A model generated the notes under the pieces. The model worked only from the letters and a program-made list of their open reading frames with translations. It was not told the origin of the DNA and made no database searches. Below are positions 22,056 to 33,010 of a stretch of DNA of 64,000 bases, one piece after another. Within the stretch, counting starts at the first letter, position 1, and each line of letters begins with the position of its first letter. Source of the stretch: a virus. Location: positions 9,995 to 73,994 of the IMG/VR virus record IMGVR_UViG_3300024502_000013; one strand, written 5' to 3'. A program made the position numbers and the translations under genes.

Positions 22056-23125
22056 GTATTCTTGACAAAATTAAAAAGAACAGTTCCATCAAGGAATCTG
22101 CAATTCTCTCCAAATCAAAATTCTTTACGCAGAAGGACATGATTCCTACGGCAGTACCAGCAGTCAACATTGCACTGTCTGGTAAGTTGGATGGTGGCCT
22201 TACTCCAGGTCTTACGATGTGGGCTGGGCCGTCAAAACATTTTAAGACTGCATTTTCATTGTTGATGGCCAAATCTTATTTGGACAAATATGAAGACGCT
22301 GCATTACTATTCTATGATTCCGAATTCGGCACTCCGCAGTCTTACTTTGATTCTTTTGGTATCGACACAGAGCGGGTGCTCCATACTCCTATTACAGACA
22401 TTGAACAGTTGAAGTTCGATATTATGAATCAACTCACCAATCTTGAAAGGGGTGAGCATGTTATCATTGTTGTAGATTCCATTGGTAATTTGGCTTCTAA
22501 GAAAGAGGTTGAAGATGCACTCGACCAAAAATCAGTAGCTGATATGAGTCGTGCAAAACAAGTTAAATCTTTGTTCAGAATGATAACACCGCATCTGACT
22601 ATGAAAGATATTCCGATGATTGTTGTCAATCACACCTACAAAGAAATCGGAATGTTCCCTAAAGACATTGTGGGTGGCGGAACAGGTTCTTATTATTCTG
22701 CCGATAACATTTTCATTCTTGGTCGTCAACAAGAAAAAGATGGTTCTGAAATTACAGGTTACAATTTCATAATCAATGTGGAGAAATCAAGATATGTCAA
22801 AGAAAAATCTAAAATCCCTGTCAATGTTTCTTTTGACGGCGGTATTAACAAGTGGTCTGGTTTATTGGATCTTGCACTTGAATCCAAGCATGTTATCAAA
22901 CCTAGCAATGGTTGGTATTCGAAAGTAGATTCTGATGGTGTTTTGGAAGATAAAAAATACCGTGAGAAAGAAACCAACACTGCTGAATTCTGGTTACCAA
23001 TTCTAAAACAAAAATCCTTCCGTGATTTTGTTGAGAACAAGTATCGTGTTGCTGCATCGGAGATTATGCAAGACACTGACATTGAAAATGCATTTGATGT
23101 GGAGACAACAAATGGAGCTGATTGA
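22052..23125 (+). CDS. uvsX: RecA-like recombinase UvsX
   Basis: AGPSKHFKT, YDSEFG, DSIGNLAS. Confidence 0.97.
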   Translation: MSILDKIKKNSSIKESAILSKSKFFTQKDMIPTAVPAVNIALSGKLDGGLTPGLTMWAGPSKHFKTAFSLLMAKSYLDKYEDAALLFYDSEFGTPQSYFDSFGIDTERVLHTPITDIEQLKFDIMNQLTNLERGEHVIIVVDSIGNLASKKEVEDALDQKSVADMSRAKQVKSLFRMITPHLTMKDIPMIVVNHTYKEIGMFPKDIVGGGTGSYYSADNIFILGRQQEKDGSEITGYNFIINVEKSRYVKEKSKIPVNVSFDGGINKWSGLLDLALESKHVIKPSNGWYSKVDSDGVLEDKKYREKETNTAEFWLPILKQKSFRDFVENKYRVAASEIMQDTDIENAFDVETTNGAD

Positions 23126-23438
23126 AGGACAAGATTATTGTTTCATCTATCCCAAGGATGATGGTACAGCAGTACACATTAGATTCCTACAGGGACCATA
23201 CAAAGATACCGTTTTCAAATATGGTAAGGTAAAGTTTGAAGAAAGACACAACAATGTCTATTTACTTTTTGCTTACGATGTGATAGAATCTACAGTTATG
23301 AAACCCAAGAAATTGGAAAAAGACGAAACATTTAAGAACTACATTGGTGACTTATTGGTTGAATTAATGTCAAGCAATATTGAACAGGATATTATTGATG
23401 AAACTGGAACAAGCGATACTCAAGAATCTAATCTATAA
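23112..23438 (+). CDS. conserved protein in the gp40 position
   Basis: Lies between uvsX and gp41. Confidence 0.6.
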   Translation: MELIEGQDYCFIYPKDDGTAVHIRFLQGPYKDTVFKYGKVKFEERHNNVYLLFAYDVIESTVMKPKKLEKDETFKNYIGDLLVELMSSNIEQDIIDETGTSDTQESNL

Positions 23439-24801
23439 TGATGAATATCTACGTAAGGTATTACCTTTCCTAAAAGCAGAGTACTTTACGGATAGAACCG
23501 ATAGAACAATCTTCAAAGAGATTACCGAATTTGTAGAAACTTATAATTCTACACCAACGGTTGAAGCACTAGAACTGGCCGTCAAAGAGAAACGGAATCT
23601 CACAAACGAAGAAGTGGAAAAGTGTGAAGACTGTCTAAAAGAAATTGTCAAAGCCAAGGATGAACAATCTAAACTTGAATGGTTGATTGACAAAACGGAA
23701 AAATTCTGTCAAGAAAAAGCCATTTACAATGCAGTCTTGGGTTCTATTTCTATCCTTGATGGCAAAGATAAGACACAAGATAAAGGTGCAATTCCTAAGT
23801 TACTGTCTGATGCACTAGCAATCAGTTTCGATAACTCCGTTGGTCACGATTATCTGGAGAACACCGATGAACGATATGATTTCTATCACAGACATGAAGA
23901 AAGAATACCATTCGACTTAGATTACTTTAACAAAATCACAAAAGGTGGTCTACCAAATAAAACTCTCAACATTGCTTTGGCGGGAACCGGTGTTGGTAAG
24001 TCTCTTTTCATGTGTCATGTGGCCGCTGCTTGTATGGTTCAGGGCAAAAATGTACTTTACATTACGATGGAAATGGCTGAAGAAAAAATTGCAGAACGTA
24101 TTGACGCCAACCTGTTGAATGTTACACTAGATGAATTGGTTTCTTTACCAAAAGACTTGTTTGATAAAAAGATTGCAAGACTCCGTGAAAAGACTGTTGG
24201 TAAACTAATCATCAAAGAATATCCAACTGCATCAGCTTCTACTACACACTTTAGGACATTACTAAATGAACTTAATCTTAAAAAGTCTTTTAATCCTGAT
24301 ATTATTTTCGTTGATTATCTTAACATCTGTTGCAGTTCACGACTCAAGGCAGGTTCGAACGTCAACTCCTACACCTACGTCAAGGCCATTGCCGAAGAAT
24401 TGCGAGGTCTTGCAGTTGAGTTCGGACTCCCAATCGTCAGTGCTACGCAAACTACAAGAAGCGGGTACACTTCATCTGACCCCGGGTTGGAGGACACAAG
24501 TGAATCTTTTGGTCTGCCAGCAACCGCAGACTTGATGTTTGCTCTTATTTCTTCCGAAGAACTGGAACAAATGGGACAGATTATGGTCAAACAATTGAAG
24601 AATCGTTATAATGATCCAGGTTATTACAAACGATTCACATTGGGTATTGACCGTGCAAAAATGAGACTGTATGATATTGAACAATCAGCACAAGATGGAT
24701 TAGCTGATGCAGGCATCACACCACAACCAGATAAACCACTAAACAGTTTTGGTAATCGTGAAAAACCAATGAAGAAGAGCTTTGATGGATTTAAAGTTTG
24801 A
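23398..24801 (+). CDS. 41: replicative helicase gp41
   Basis: AGTGVGKS, DYLNIC, SATQTTR, KQLKNRY. Confidence 0.97.
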   Translation: MKLEQAILKNLIYNDEYLRKVLPFLKAEYFTDRTDRTIFKEITEFVETYNSTPTVEALELAVKEKRNLTNEEVEKCEDCLKEIVKAKDEQSKLEWLIDKTEKFCQEKAIYNAVLGSISILDGKDKTQDKGAIPKLLSDALAISFDNSVGHDYLENTDERYDFYHRHEERIPFDLDYFNKITKGGLPNKTLNIALAGTGVGKSLFMCHVAAACMVQGKNVLYITMEMAEEKIAERIDANLLNVTLDELVSLPKDLFDKKIARLREKTVGKLIIKEYPTASASTTHFRTLLNELNLKKSFNPDIIFVDYLNICCSSRLKAGSNVNSYTYVKAIAEELRGLAVEFGLPIVSATQTTRSGYTSSDPGLEDTSESFGLPATADLMFALISSEELEQMGQIMVKQLKNRYNDPGYYKRFTLGIDRAKMRLYDIEQSAQDGLADAGITPQPDKPLNSFGNREKPMKKSFDGFKV

Positions 24802-25891
24802 TGAAGCACTACATTGTGCAAAAGTATTTGAAGATTACTTTGGCAAATTCGACCGTATTGATGAATACATGAGAGACCAGAAGTTGGCTTCTCTATCAGA
24901 ATTGCCAACCAATCCTTTGTTTCCTTTGGAAGATGAATTGTTTTCAGATTTCACAATGCATCCCAATGACATGAATTTTGATGTTATGCCCATGCCACAA
25001 TCAGAGTGGGAAACATTACTAAACATTACATCGTCACATATCAACATTTCACCTGTTGGTCGGCAGATTCGTTTGGGTGTCAAAGAAACCAATACCAATA
25101 AATGGGTTGGTTTCATTCGCCTTGGTTCTCCTGTTATCAACATGAAACCTCGTAATGAATTACTTGGTCAAGTCTTCACACAACAAACTGAGTGGGCAAA
25201 ACGATTCAATGATTCGGCTTTGATGGGTTTTGTGATTGTACCAAGTCAACCGTTTGGTTATAATTATCTTGGTGGTAAGTTGTTGGCTGCAATCTGCACC
25301 TCACATGAAGTAAGAAAACTTGCATATCATCAATATGGAATGAATCTTTGTTTGTTTGAAACGACTAGTCTTTATGGTTCTTCTAAGACAGTTTCACAGT
25401 ATGACGGAATGAAACCATATATTCGTTACAATGGTTTGACTGATAGTGATTTTGTTCCCATGATGCATGGGAAACCCTATGAGAACCTAAAGAACTTTGT
25501 GGAGGATAAGGTTGGTGATATTGTGGATCCGGATGCTTCTAGTAAGAAACTTAAGATTACCATGAGAATCATAGCACTTACTAAAGCAGCTTTAAAAGGT
25601 ACACCTGAAGGACTGACATTCATCCAAACGATTGAGAAAGCAAAAGGGTTGACAGAACAGAAGCGTTATTACCATTCTGATTATGGTTTCAAAAATATGA
25701 AAGACTATATCAATTGTAAAACTGATGTCCTTTTACCTGGTGAAAATTATGAGAAACACCACATGAAGAATCTGGTCGAATGGTGGAGAAAGAAAGCCAT
25801 CAATCGTTACGATACACTAAAATCTGAAGGTCGATTGAGAACCGAAATGGAAGTCTGGACCTCAGGAAAAGATATTCAGATTATTAGATAA
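24785..25891 (+). CDS. DUF4338 / DruA-like protein (second paralog)
   Basis: GFVIVPSQPFGYNYLGGKLLA, ETTSLYG..SQYDGM. Confidence 0.65.
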   Translation: MDLKFDEALHCAKVFEDYFGKFDRIDEYMRDQKLASLSELPTNPLFPLEDELFSDFTMHPNDMNFDVMPMPQSEWETLLNITSSHINISPVGRQIRLGVKETNTNKWVGFIRLGSPVINMKPRNELLGQVFTQQTEWAKRFNDSALMGFVIVPSQPFGYNYLGGKLLAAICTSHEVRKLAYHQYGMNLCLFETTSLYGSSKTVSQYDGMKPYIRYNGLTDSDFVPMMHGKPYENLKNFVEDKVGDIVDPDASSKKLKITMRIIALTKAALKGTPEGLTFIQTIEKAKGLTEQKRYYHSDYGFKNMKDYINCKTDVLLPGENYEKHHMKNLVEWWRKKAINRYDTLKSEGRLRTEMEVWTSGKDIQIIR

Positions 25892-25917
25892 ATACTTTTA
25901 TTTAAAACATTAACAAA

Positions 25918-26694
25918 ATGTCCGCAAAATCAGATTTACACGAACACGCTGTCGCTAAAAGTATAGACGCTTCAATTAAAGGACTTTCAGCCGAAAGACC
26001 CAAAGTTGCAACGTCATTTCCTGATGTGAAAGTCGAATACAAGAACTTCACTGGAACAAATGCTGTTTGGGTGGAAGTTAAAATGAATCACACAGATAAT
26101 TTGATGAATCCCAGATTCTCTTATATCAACGGTAAATGGGTTACACCAGATTCATACAAATCACCAGCGACAGATATGTTGTGTGACATATGGAATAAAA
26201 ATAAAGAAGTCAAAGAATGGATTGAAGGTTTAAAAATATTTCTTGTTAAAAACAAATGGAAAGGTGATATTAAAAAAATGTCATTATATTCCAGTAAAAC
26301 AGAAAGAAACAGAGATCCAAATTCAGTTTCTTTAGACTTAATGAAAAAATATTTAAAATCTTTACCAAACAAAAATATCTGTAAAGTTCAAAATATTGAT
26401 GTTGGCACATTAGTATCAACACATTATTTAAAAGGAAAAGCTGCAGCTGCATATTATTTAAGTTCTGGTGATGACTTTTACCAATTCAAATTGAGTGGTG
26501 TTAAAAATAATCCGTTAAAAATACCAGATGTACCAGTATTTGAGGGTATGAATCAAATTATTCTCCGTGTTGGTGATAGAAGTGACAATTTTGAAATTCA
26601 AGCTGAGGTCAAAGTCAAATCATTAAAAAGCAGTAAATACTCTGTTGCACCAGGAACAAAAAAAGAAAATCCATTTAGATATATTAAAGTATGA
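25918..26694 (+). CDS. AT-rich hypothetical protein, possible PD-(D/E)xK nuclease
   Basis: FPDV..WVEVK; ATAAATA late box at 25888. Confidence 0.5.
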   Translation: MSAKSDLHEHAVAKSIDASIKGLSAERPKVATSFPDVKVEYKNFTGTNAVWVEVKMNHTDNLMNPRFSYINGKWVTPDSYKSPATDMLCDIWNKNKEVKEWIEGLKIFLVKNKWKGDIKKMSLYSSKTERNRDPNSVSLDLMKKYLKSLPNKNICKVQNIDVGTLVSTHYLKGKAAAAYYLSSGDDFYQFKLSGVKNNPLKIPDVPVFEGMNQIILRVGDRSDNFEIQAEVKVKSLKSSKYSVAPGTKKENPFRYIKV

Positions 26695-26960
26695 AAAACA
26701 GTGTAGAGATTGATGATGATGATTTTGGTTTCTCAGCTATATCAGCCGAAGAATATGAATCTAGAATAACAAAGGCAGCAGAGTCTGCTGCAGCACCTAT
26801 TGAAGAATACAAGAAAAGACTAGAAGATGTAGAGAAAATGGTTCTTCCGTTTCTACTAAAACTCCGTGACACTGGAGACAAAGAATACATATATTGGCCA
26901 AACAGAAAAGATATTATTGACAAACAAATAGATAAATTAAAGAAACTGACTAGAGGATGA
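26691..26960 (+). CDS. conserved hypothetical protein
   Basis: DDFGFS..EYIYWPNR. Confidence 0.65.
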   Translation: MKNSVEIDDDDFGFSAISAEEYESRITKAAESAAAPIEEYKKRLEDVEKMVLPFLLKLRDTGDKEYIYWPNRKDIIDKQIDKLKKLTRG

Positions 26961-26963
26961 TTT

Positions 26964-27674
26964 ATGAAAGCTACGGTGATTATACCGACCACTGGTTCAC
27001 CAGAGGTCATACATGCTATTGAGTCTGTACTAGACCAAGACATTGAGACACAGTGTTATGTTGTTTGTGATGGAGACCAATACAGAGGTAAGGTCAAACC
27101 AATCACAGACCGAAATGCAGGCAATCCATTCCAAAAAGTTGTTTACCTACCAATTAACGTTGGTGCAAACGGCTTTTATGGACATAGAATCTATGCTGCA
27201 TTTACCCATCTAATCAATACTGATTATGTCTTTTACCTGGACCAAGACTGTTGGTTTGAACCCAACCATGTGAGAACTTGTATTGAGACTATTGAAAAAG
27301 ACAACCTGGACTGGTCCTATTCACTCCGTAGAGTTGTGGACAAAGAAGGTGAATATGTCTGTAATGATGATTGTGAATCACTTGGTAAATGGCAAACATA
27401 TCATGGCATAAACCATATTGACACTAATTGTTATTGCATTAAAACCTCGGTTGCGATAAAATTAGCACAAGCATGGCATGGCGGTTGGGGGCAAGACCGT
27501 GTTTTCTTAGGTGCCATGTCACAACACTTTCCTAGATTTCATTGCACAGGTGAATACACAGTAAACTACCGTGTCGATGGAAATCCAGGTTCCGTGTCAG
27601 CAGATTTCTTTTTAAATGGCAATGAAGTGATGAAACAAAAATATAATGGAGTTTACCCATGGCGCAAGATTTAA
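26964..27674 (+). CDS. GT2-family glycosyltransferase
   Basis: VIIPT, YLDQD, GQDR. Confidence 0.85.
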   Translation: MKATVIIPTTGSPEVIHAIESVLDQDIETQCYVVCDGDQYRGKVKPITDRNAGNPFQKVVYLPINVGANGFYGHRIYAAFTHLINTDYVFYLDQDCWFEPNHVRTCIETIEKDNLDWSYSLRRVVDKEGEYVCNDDCESLGKWQTYHGINHIDTNCYCIKTSVAIKLAQAWHGGWGQDRVFLGAMSQHFPRFHCTGEYTVNYRVDGNPGSVSADFFLNGNEVMKQKYNGVYPWRKI

Positions 27675-28525
27675 TTATTGGTGGTGTTCAGAACTACGGT
27701 ATCAATCAACTGAAACCATGGGTCGAATCAATTGAAGAACACATTCCTGACGCACATAGAGTTTTGTGTGTCAATAACATTACAGATGAAACTAAAAAAT
27801 GGTTATTAAACAAGGGTTTCGAACTCGTTGATATGCCCACGGTTCAGATTCCCGTCCATGTTTTGCGTTTCCTTTCCATCTATGAATACTTAAGAGAGAA
27901 TGAGGGCAAGTTCCGTTATGTCATTACAACTGATGTAAAGGATGTTTATTTTCAGAAAAATCCTTTTGAATATTTAATTCAGGAAAACATCGGTATAAAT
28001 GGCAAAAAATTGATTGCAGGTTCCGAATCTATTCGTTATAGAGATGAAGGATGGGGAAATGAAAATCTATTGCAAGCATATGGACCATATGTACACAATC
28101 TGTTCAAAGATAACATAATCTATAATGTCGGTGTTTTGGCTGGTGATGCAGAATATGTCAAAGACTTGGTATTCAATATCTTCATCAACGGTATCAATCG
28201 TCCAATTTCAATCGTAGACCAGGCAGTTTACAATGTACTAATCAATACACAACCATACAAGAATGTTGTCTCTTTTAAATCACAAGAAAATCCTTGGGCA
28301 GTACAACTAGGAACAACGGGTGATCCGTCCAAGATTGAAGGGTTCAGACCATTCTTGACTGATAAAGAACCAATTTTCGATTTCGAAGATGGTTTGGTGA
28401 AAACAAGTTCTGGTCTTCCGTTTTACATTGTGCATCAATATGACCGTGTTCCTGATTGGGCAGAATTGGTGAGAAAGAAATACAATCAGGAAAATCCAAA
28501 TGAATATTTTACATATAGGGTATAA
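27659..28525 (+). CDS. glycosyltransferase-like protein
   Basis: TDVKDVYFQ.NPF, NVG, DQA.YN, HQYDR. Confidence 0.7.
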   Translation: MAQDLIIGGVQNYGINQLKPWVESIEEHIPDAHRVLCVNNITDETKKWLLNKGFELVDMPTVQIPVHVLRFLSIYEYLRENEGKFRYVITTDVKDVYFQKNPFEYLIQENIGINGKKLIAGSESIRYRDEGWGNENLLQAYGPYVHNLFKDNIIYNVGVLAGDAEYVKDLVFNIFINGINRPISIVDQAVYNVLINTQPYKNVVSFKSQENPWAVQLGTTGDPSKIEGFRPFLTDKEPIFDFEDGLVKTSSGLPFYIVHQYDRVPDWAELVRKKYNQENPNEYFTYRV

Positions 28526-28527
28526 AA

Positions 28528-29103
28528 ATGAGTGACATTATTACAATTAACACTGAAACACAAGCATGGCAAAATTTCCCTGGCAAAGAATTCAAATGTT
28601 CTGGTCAAGGCTTAGGTGAATTATCTAGAAAATATCTTGAACCTAAAATGTTGGAAATTGGTTGTGATATCGGAGACACATCCGAGTTTATGATGCGTTC
28701 TCATCCAAAGTTGCACTTGACTGCAATTGATCCATATGAAAACTACATTGATTGGAACGGAAACAATCTGAATGAGCGTGAAGAAGTCTACAATAGAATG
28801 GTAGAAAGAATGAAACATTGGCCAGACCGATTCGATTTGATTCGTATGACCTCTGATTCTGCCGTCAGCATTTTCAAAGATGAAGAATTCGACATTATCT
28901 TTATTGATGGTCTACACACCTATGAACAACTATCTAAAGATTGTGTAAACTACTATCCCAAATTGAAAAAAGGTGGTATCTTTGCAGGCCACGACTTTAG
29001 AGCAATCGAAGGCGTCAATAGAGCTTGTACCGAGTTTGCGGCAAAAGTCGGTAAAGATATCCTAACAACAGACAATGATGTTTGGTATTGGATTAAAGAC
29101 TGA
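28528..29103 (+). CDS. class I SAM methyltransferase (Methyltransf_24-like)
   Basis: LEIG, IDP, IFIDGLH, GHD. Confidence 0.85.
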   Translation: MSDIITINTETQAWQNFPGKEFKCSGQGLGELSRKYLEPKMLEIGCDIGDTSEFMMRSHPKLHLTAIDPYENYIDWNGNNLNEREEVYNRMVERMKHWPDRFDLIRMTSDSAVSIFKDEEFDIIFIDGLHTYEQLSKDCVNYYPKLKKGGIFAGHDFRAIEGVNRACTEFAAKVGKDILTTDNDVWYWIKD

Positions 29104-29792
29104 TGAAAAAATGTATTGTGTTGTCTGGTCAATACAGAACTTTTGACCAGACTTGGAAAAATATCAGAAACTTTATCGACTTGAATCTGTTGGATGTATA
29201 TTGTCATGTTTGGTCAACAGACCAGACAGAGATTGATAATATCACTGACAGATTGATGCCGAAGAACCTGCTTGCTGAGGATAACTCATTATTTCTTGAT
29301 ACATTCCAAAAAATAGAAGATAACATTCTAACCAATAACCCAAAAGGTCCAAATCAAGATAGGTTGGCTGGGAACGCATCAATGAACTATAGTCGAAAGG
29401 CAGCATTTGATTTAGTTCCTAAAGATGAATATGATACAGTTATTTACTGTCGGTATGATATTGGATTCCACGAATTATTTAGATTTGATGGTGTTGACAG
29501 AATTGTTACACCGTTAGAAGAATCTTATAATTTGATTTCGGATATTTTCGCAATCATGCCTATGAAAATGGCAAAGAGTTATTTTCTGTATGATGAATAT
29601 GAGAGATTACATTCAACTCCATGGGAACCTGAATTCTTAGACTGGTTAAGAAATGTCAAAAAATATCCAGAACAAGATGTACAAACACATATACATACAA
29701 GATACTGTCCTCATTTAATGTTGATGCGAAACATTATTATGAACGGACATAATTTTACGTTGATTGATTTACCTGTTTATTTACAAAGATGA
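29103..29792 (+). CDS. putative glycan-modifying protein
   Basis: IVLSGQYR, H.W, RYD, DIFA; paralog of the next ORF. Confidence 0.55.
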   Translation: MKKCIVLSGQYRTFDQTWKNIRNFIDLNLLDVYCHVWSTDQTEIDNITDRLMPKNLLAEDNSLFLDTFQKIEDNILTNNPKGPNQDRLAGNASMNYSRKAAFDLVPKDEYDTVIYCRYDIGFHELFRFDGVDRIVTPLEESYNLISDIFAIMPMKMAKSYFLYDEYERLHSTPWEPEFLDWLRNVKKYPEQDVQTHIHTRYCPHLMLMRNIIMNGHNFTLIDLPVYLQR

Positions 29793-30478
29793 AAATTGCA
29801 TTATGTTTCTGTGGTCAAGCAAGGTCTTACGATATTGGTTATGACTATTACTGGAAGAATTTACTTGTACACCACGATGTAGATATCTACATTCATTCTT
29901 GGAGATTTGAAGAAGCAAACAAATTCCTGGAAGTGTTCTTGCCTAAAAAATATCTATTGGAACTTCCTTTGGTTGGTGATTATGATATTAAGTACACAAG
30001 AACACCAAACATACACAAGTGGCCACCTAGATTTACTTACAGTGCATTGTATTCTATGTACAAAGTGAATTCATTAATTGAAGGTGAATATGATTGGATT
30101 ATTAAGACACGAACTGATTACGCATTGAACACCATTATACCGTTTGATGAACTTGACAACTCAAAACTATACATTCCAAATTGTCGCATGGTGCCGGAAC
30201 GGGATTTTGGTAATGACCAGTTTGCATTTGGTTCACAAGAAACAATGAACAAATATATGTCAACTTGGAAATACATTGATGAATATTATGATGCGGGTGT
30301 ACAGTTTATTGGTGAAGATTTAATGCAGGCCAATCTACGAAAACATGGACTGGTTGGAGATAATCTAGTTTATGTAAACATGAACAATCCATTTCCTCCA
30401 GGACCACACAATGGAACATGGCATTCCTTGATTCGTGATGATTATGACCACTGGACACAGACTAGTAAAACAATTTAA
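29789..30478 (+). CDS. putative glycan-modifying protein
   Basis: KIALCFCGQAR, HSW, RTD, NDQFA. Confidence 0.55.
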   Translation: MKIALCFCGQARSYDIGYDYYWKNLLVHHDVDIYIHSWRFEEANKFLEVFLPKKYLLELPLVGDYDIKYTRTPNIHKWPPRFTYSALYSMYKVNSLIEGEYDWIIKTRTDYALNTIIPFDELDNSKLYIPNCRMVPERDFGNDQFAFGSQETMNKYMSTWKYIDEYYDAGVQFIGEDLMQANLRKHGLVGDNLVYVNMNNPFPPGPHNGTWHSLIRDDYDHWTQTSKTI

Positions 30479-31193
30479 TGGTCATTCTGGTTCCAATGTT
30501 TTTCTAAGAGAATGGCCAGGTGGTGGATTCTACGTTGAAAAAATAGGCAATACAGAAAGAAACCATGAAAGAATGACCGCACTTCTTGATGCCGGTTATC
30601 CTGTTCCGAAAATATACTATGTGGAAAAAGACTATCTGATGATGGAATATATCCATGGACTTGACATGAAGAACTATTTGGTGTATAATACCACTATGTC
30701 TTTGTTGGGTTTTCTGATTGACACATTAGATTGTTTTTCTCAAGGTTCCAGAAGTAAAGACTACACAGAAATCTACCACAAAAAACTGGATTGGTTGCCA
30801 CAAGATTTCCTTTTCACCAAAGATGAGTTGATTGATAGATTACCAAAGGTGTTACCACAATCAACATATCATGGTGACCTGACACTTGAAAATATATTGT
30901 ATACTGATCCAGGATTTCACCTCATTGACCCTGTTACGATTGAATATGATTCATACATATTTGACATTGCAAAACTAAGGCAAGATGTGGAATGCAAATG
31001 GTTTCTAAGAAACAGTAATGTTCATTTGGACACTAAGTTGGAAATCATAAGAGATAAATTGAAAGAAGAATATCCACAGGCATTTGACAATTCTCTATTG
31101 ATTTTGATGTTGTTGAGAGTTTTAAAGCATTGTGAAAAGAATGATAGTAATTATCAGTTTTTGATGAAAGAGATTCATAGATTATGGAAATAA
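30444..31193 (+). CDS. APH/choline-kinase-like phosphotransferase
   Basis: GHSG, MEYI, HGDLTLENI, IDP, DIAKL. Confidence 0.8.
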   Translation: MTTGHRLVKQFNGHSGSNVFLREWPGGGFYVEKIGNTERNHERMTALLDAGYPVPKIYYVEKDYLMMEYIHGLDMKNYLVYNTTMSLLGFLIDTLDCFSQGSRSKDYTEIYHKKLDWLPQDFLFTKDELIDRLPKVLPQSTYHGDLTLENILYTDPGFHLIDPVTIEYDSYIFDIAKLRQDVECKWFLRNSNVHLDTKLEIIRDKLKEEYPQAFDNSLLILMLLRVLKHCEKNDSNYQFLMKEIHRLWK

Positions 31194-32212
31194 TTGTACC
31201 TGCAGCTGGACTGTCAACCAGATTCCCAGACATGAAACCAAAATATCTCCTGTACGATTACAAGGGTGATATGATGTTGATGAATGCTTTGCGTTCCTTT
31301 AGAGAAAAAGGATACAAAATACATCTAGGCATTCTAAAAGAACATGAAGAAAAATACAACGTCATTAAACAAATTCAACATGAGTGGTCTGATAATATCA
31401 ACTATGTAATCATCGACAAACCGACCAGAGGTCCAGCCGATACGGTTTATCAAATACTTAATGCCGCTGGCTTACATACCACAGAAATCTTTATCAAGGA
31501 TTGTGACAGTTTTTTTGAACATGATATTACAACAGGCGATAATTATGTTTGTGTTACAAAAATTTCACAACATGAAATATTGAAGAAACTGGCAGCAAAG
31601 AGTTTTACAATTGCCAACAATAATAGTATCATAACAGATATCGTTGAGAAAGAAGTTGTATCAGACACCTTCTGTGTTGGTGGTTATAAGTTTTCGTCAG
31701 CGATGTTGTACAGGCAAGCCTTCCATGAATTGAACACTGACAGAGAGGTGTTTGTTTCAGATGTGATTGGTCGATGCATTAATAATATGCAGATTTTCAC
31801 CAACAAATATGTAACTGATTATGTCGATGTTGGTACTGCACAAGACTGGTTTGAATACAATGACAGACCTGTTATCTTCTGTGATATTGACGGTACAATC
31901 ATCAAGGCACAATCTAGGATTGATTTGGAAAACAGACAACACTATGTAATCTTGGAAAAGAATGTTGTTCGCTTACTGGAATTACAGAGCAAAGGTGCTC
32001 AATTCATCTTTGTGACCGCAAGAGAACCACAATGGAGAGCAGAGACACACGGTATGCTAATGGAACTGGGTTTCAGAAACTTCCGACTACTAGACGGTCT
32101 GCAAAACTCCAGTCGCATTTTAATCAACGATTACAACAGTGCAAATCCATACCCACGAGCAATTGCAGTTAACATCAAGCGTGATTCAGATAACCTAAGT
32201 GACTTTCTATGA
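31184..32212 (+). CDS. nucleotidyltransferase-HAD phosphatase fusion
   Basis: PAAGLSTRF..KP, DCD, DVGT; DIDGT HAD motif, IND. Confidence 0.8.
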   Translation: MEIIVPAAGLSTRFPDMKPKYLLYDYKGDMMLMNALRSFREKGYKIHLGILKEHEEKYNVIKQIQHEWSDNINYVIIDKPTRGPADTVYQILNAAGLHTTEIFIKDCDSFFEHDITTGDNYVCVTKISQHEILKKLAAKSFTIANNNSIITDIVEKEVVSDTFCVGGYKFSSAMLYRQAFHELNTDREVFVSDVIGRCINNMQIFTNKYVTDYVDVGTAQDWFEYNDRPVIFCDIDGTIIKAQSRIDLENRQHYVILEKNVVRLLELQSKGAQFIFVTAREPQWRAETHGMLMELGFRNFRLLDGLQNSSRILINDYNSANPYPRAIAVNIKRDSDNLSDFL

Positions 32213-32904
32213 TTATACCAGATAAAAATCTTTTCATCGTAACTTCCGCACTCAAACCTATCATGGGTGTTTACAGTGAAACGGAAAGATTTCAACAGAC
32301 AATAGATTCCATAAGATCCATCAGGAAGAAGTTACCTGATGCAATCATTGTATTTTCGGATGTTTCTGTTATTCCTTTAAGTGACCTGGAGAAAACAGCG
32401 ATTGCAGAAAAGGTCAATTATTTTATTGACATGTCACAGGAACCAACCACATTAAAGTTGTCCAGAGACATGAAGAAAAGTCATGCCGAAAACGCACTCT
32501 TATTCAACACACTGCAAACTCTAAAGAATTCACCACAGACACAAGGTATGATGAGTTCAGTAAAGAGAATCTTCAAGTTTTCGGCAAGAACAGAGCTGGA
32601 AGATTCTTTCGATATTAGTGAATATGACAATCTGTTTGGTAAGTTCGTTTTTAAGAAAAGAATACCCACCTGGATGCATCCACCTTCTATACCCAACCTA
32701 CTGATTACAAGGATGTATTCTTTCTGTCCTTCACTGATTGACACCTATCTTCATGTGATAGTTAACAATATGCCTCTGTTGGACCAAGGTCTGGACACAG
32801 AACATGCACATTTCCACAACATTCCTAAGAAGTATCTGGTTGAATTCGACAAGATACATTGCTGGGGATGGCTGGCTGGAAATGGTCAAATCGAACATTA
32901 TTGA
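32209..32904 (+). CDS. hypothetical protein, glycosyltransferase-like
   Basis: IVTS..RFQQT..FKFSAR; last gene of the glycan cluster. Confidence 0.5.
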   Translation: MIIPDKNLFIVTSALKPIMGVYSETERFQQTIDSIRSIRKKLPDAIIVFSDVSVIPLSDLEKTAIAEKVNYFIDMSQEPTTLKLSRDMKKSHAENALLFNTLQTLKNSPQTQGMMSSVKRIFKFSARTELEDSFDISEYDNLFGKFVFKKRIPTWMHPPSIPNLLITRMYSFCPSLIDTYLHVIVNNMPLLDQGLDTEHAHFHNIPKKYLVEFDKIHCWGWLAGNGQIEHY

Positions 32905-32959
32905 CGCTATATATCGGTCCCAAGATTTGACCATTTTGGTCGACTTGGTGAAAAACTTG

Positions 32960-32967
32960 TATAAATA
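32960..32967 (+). promoter_or_regulatory. T4-type late promoter
   Basis: TATAAATA before the head-protein block. Confidence 0.8.
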
Positions 32968-33010
32968 GTTAACCGGCAACCAAAGTGTGTTGCATTTCTA
33001 GAGGCAATTA

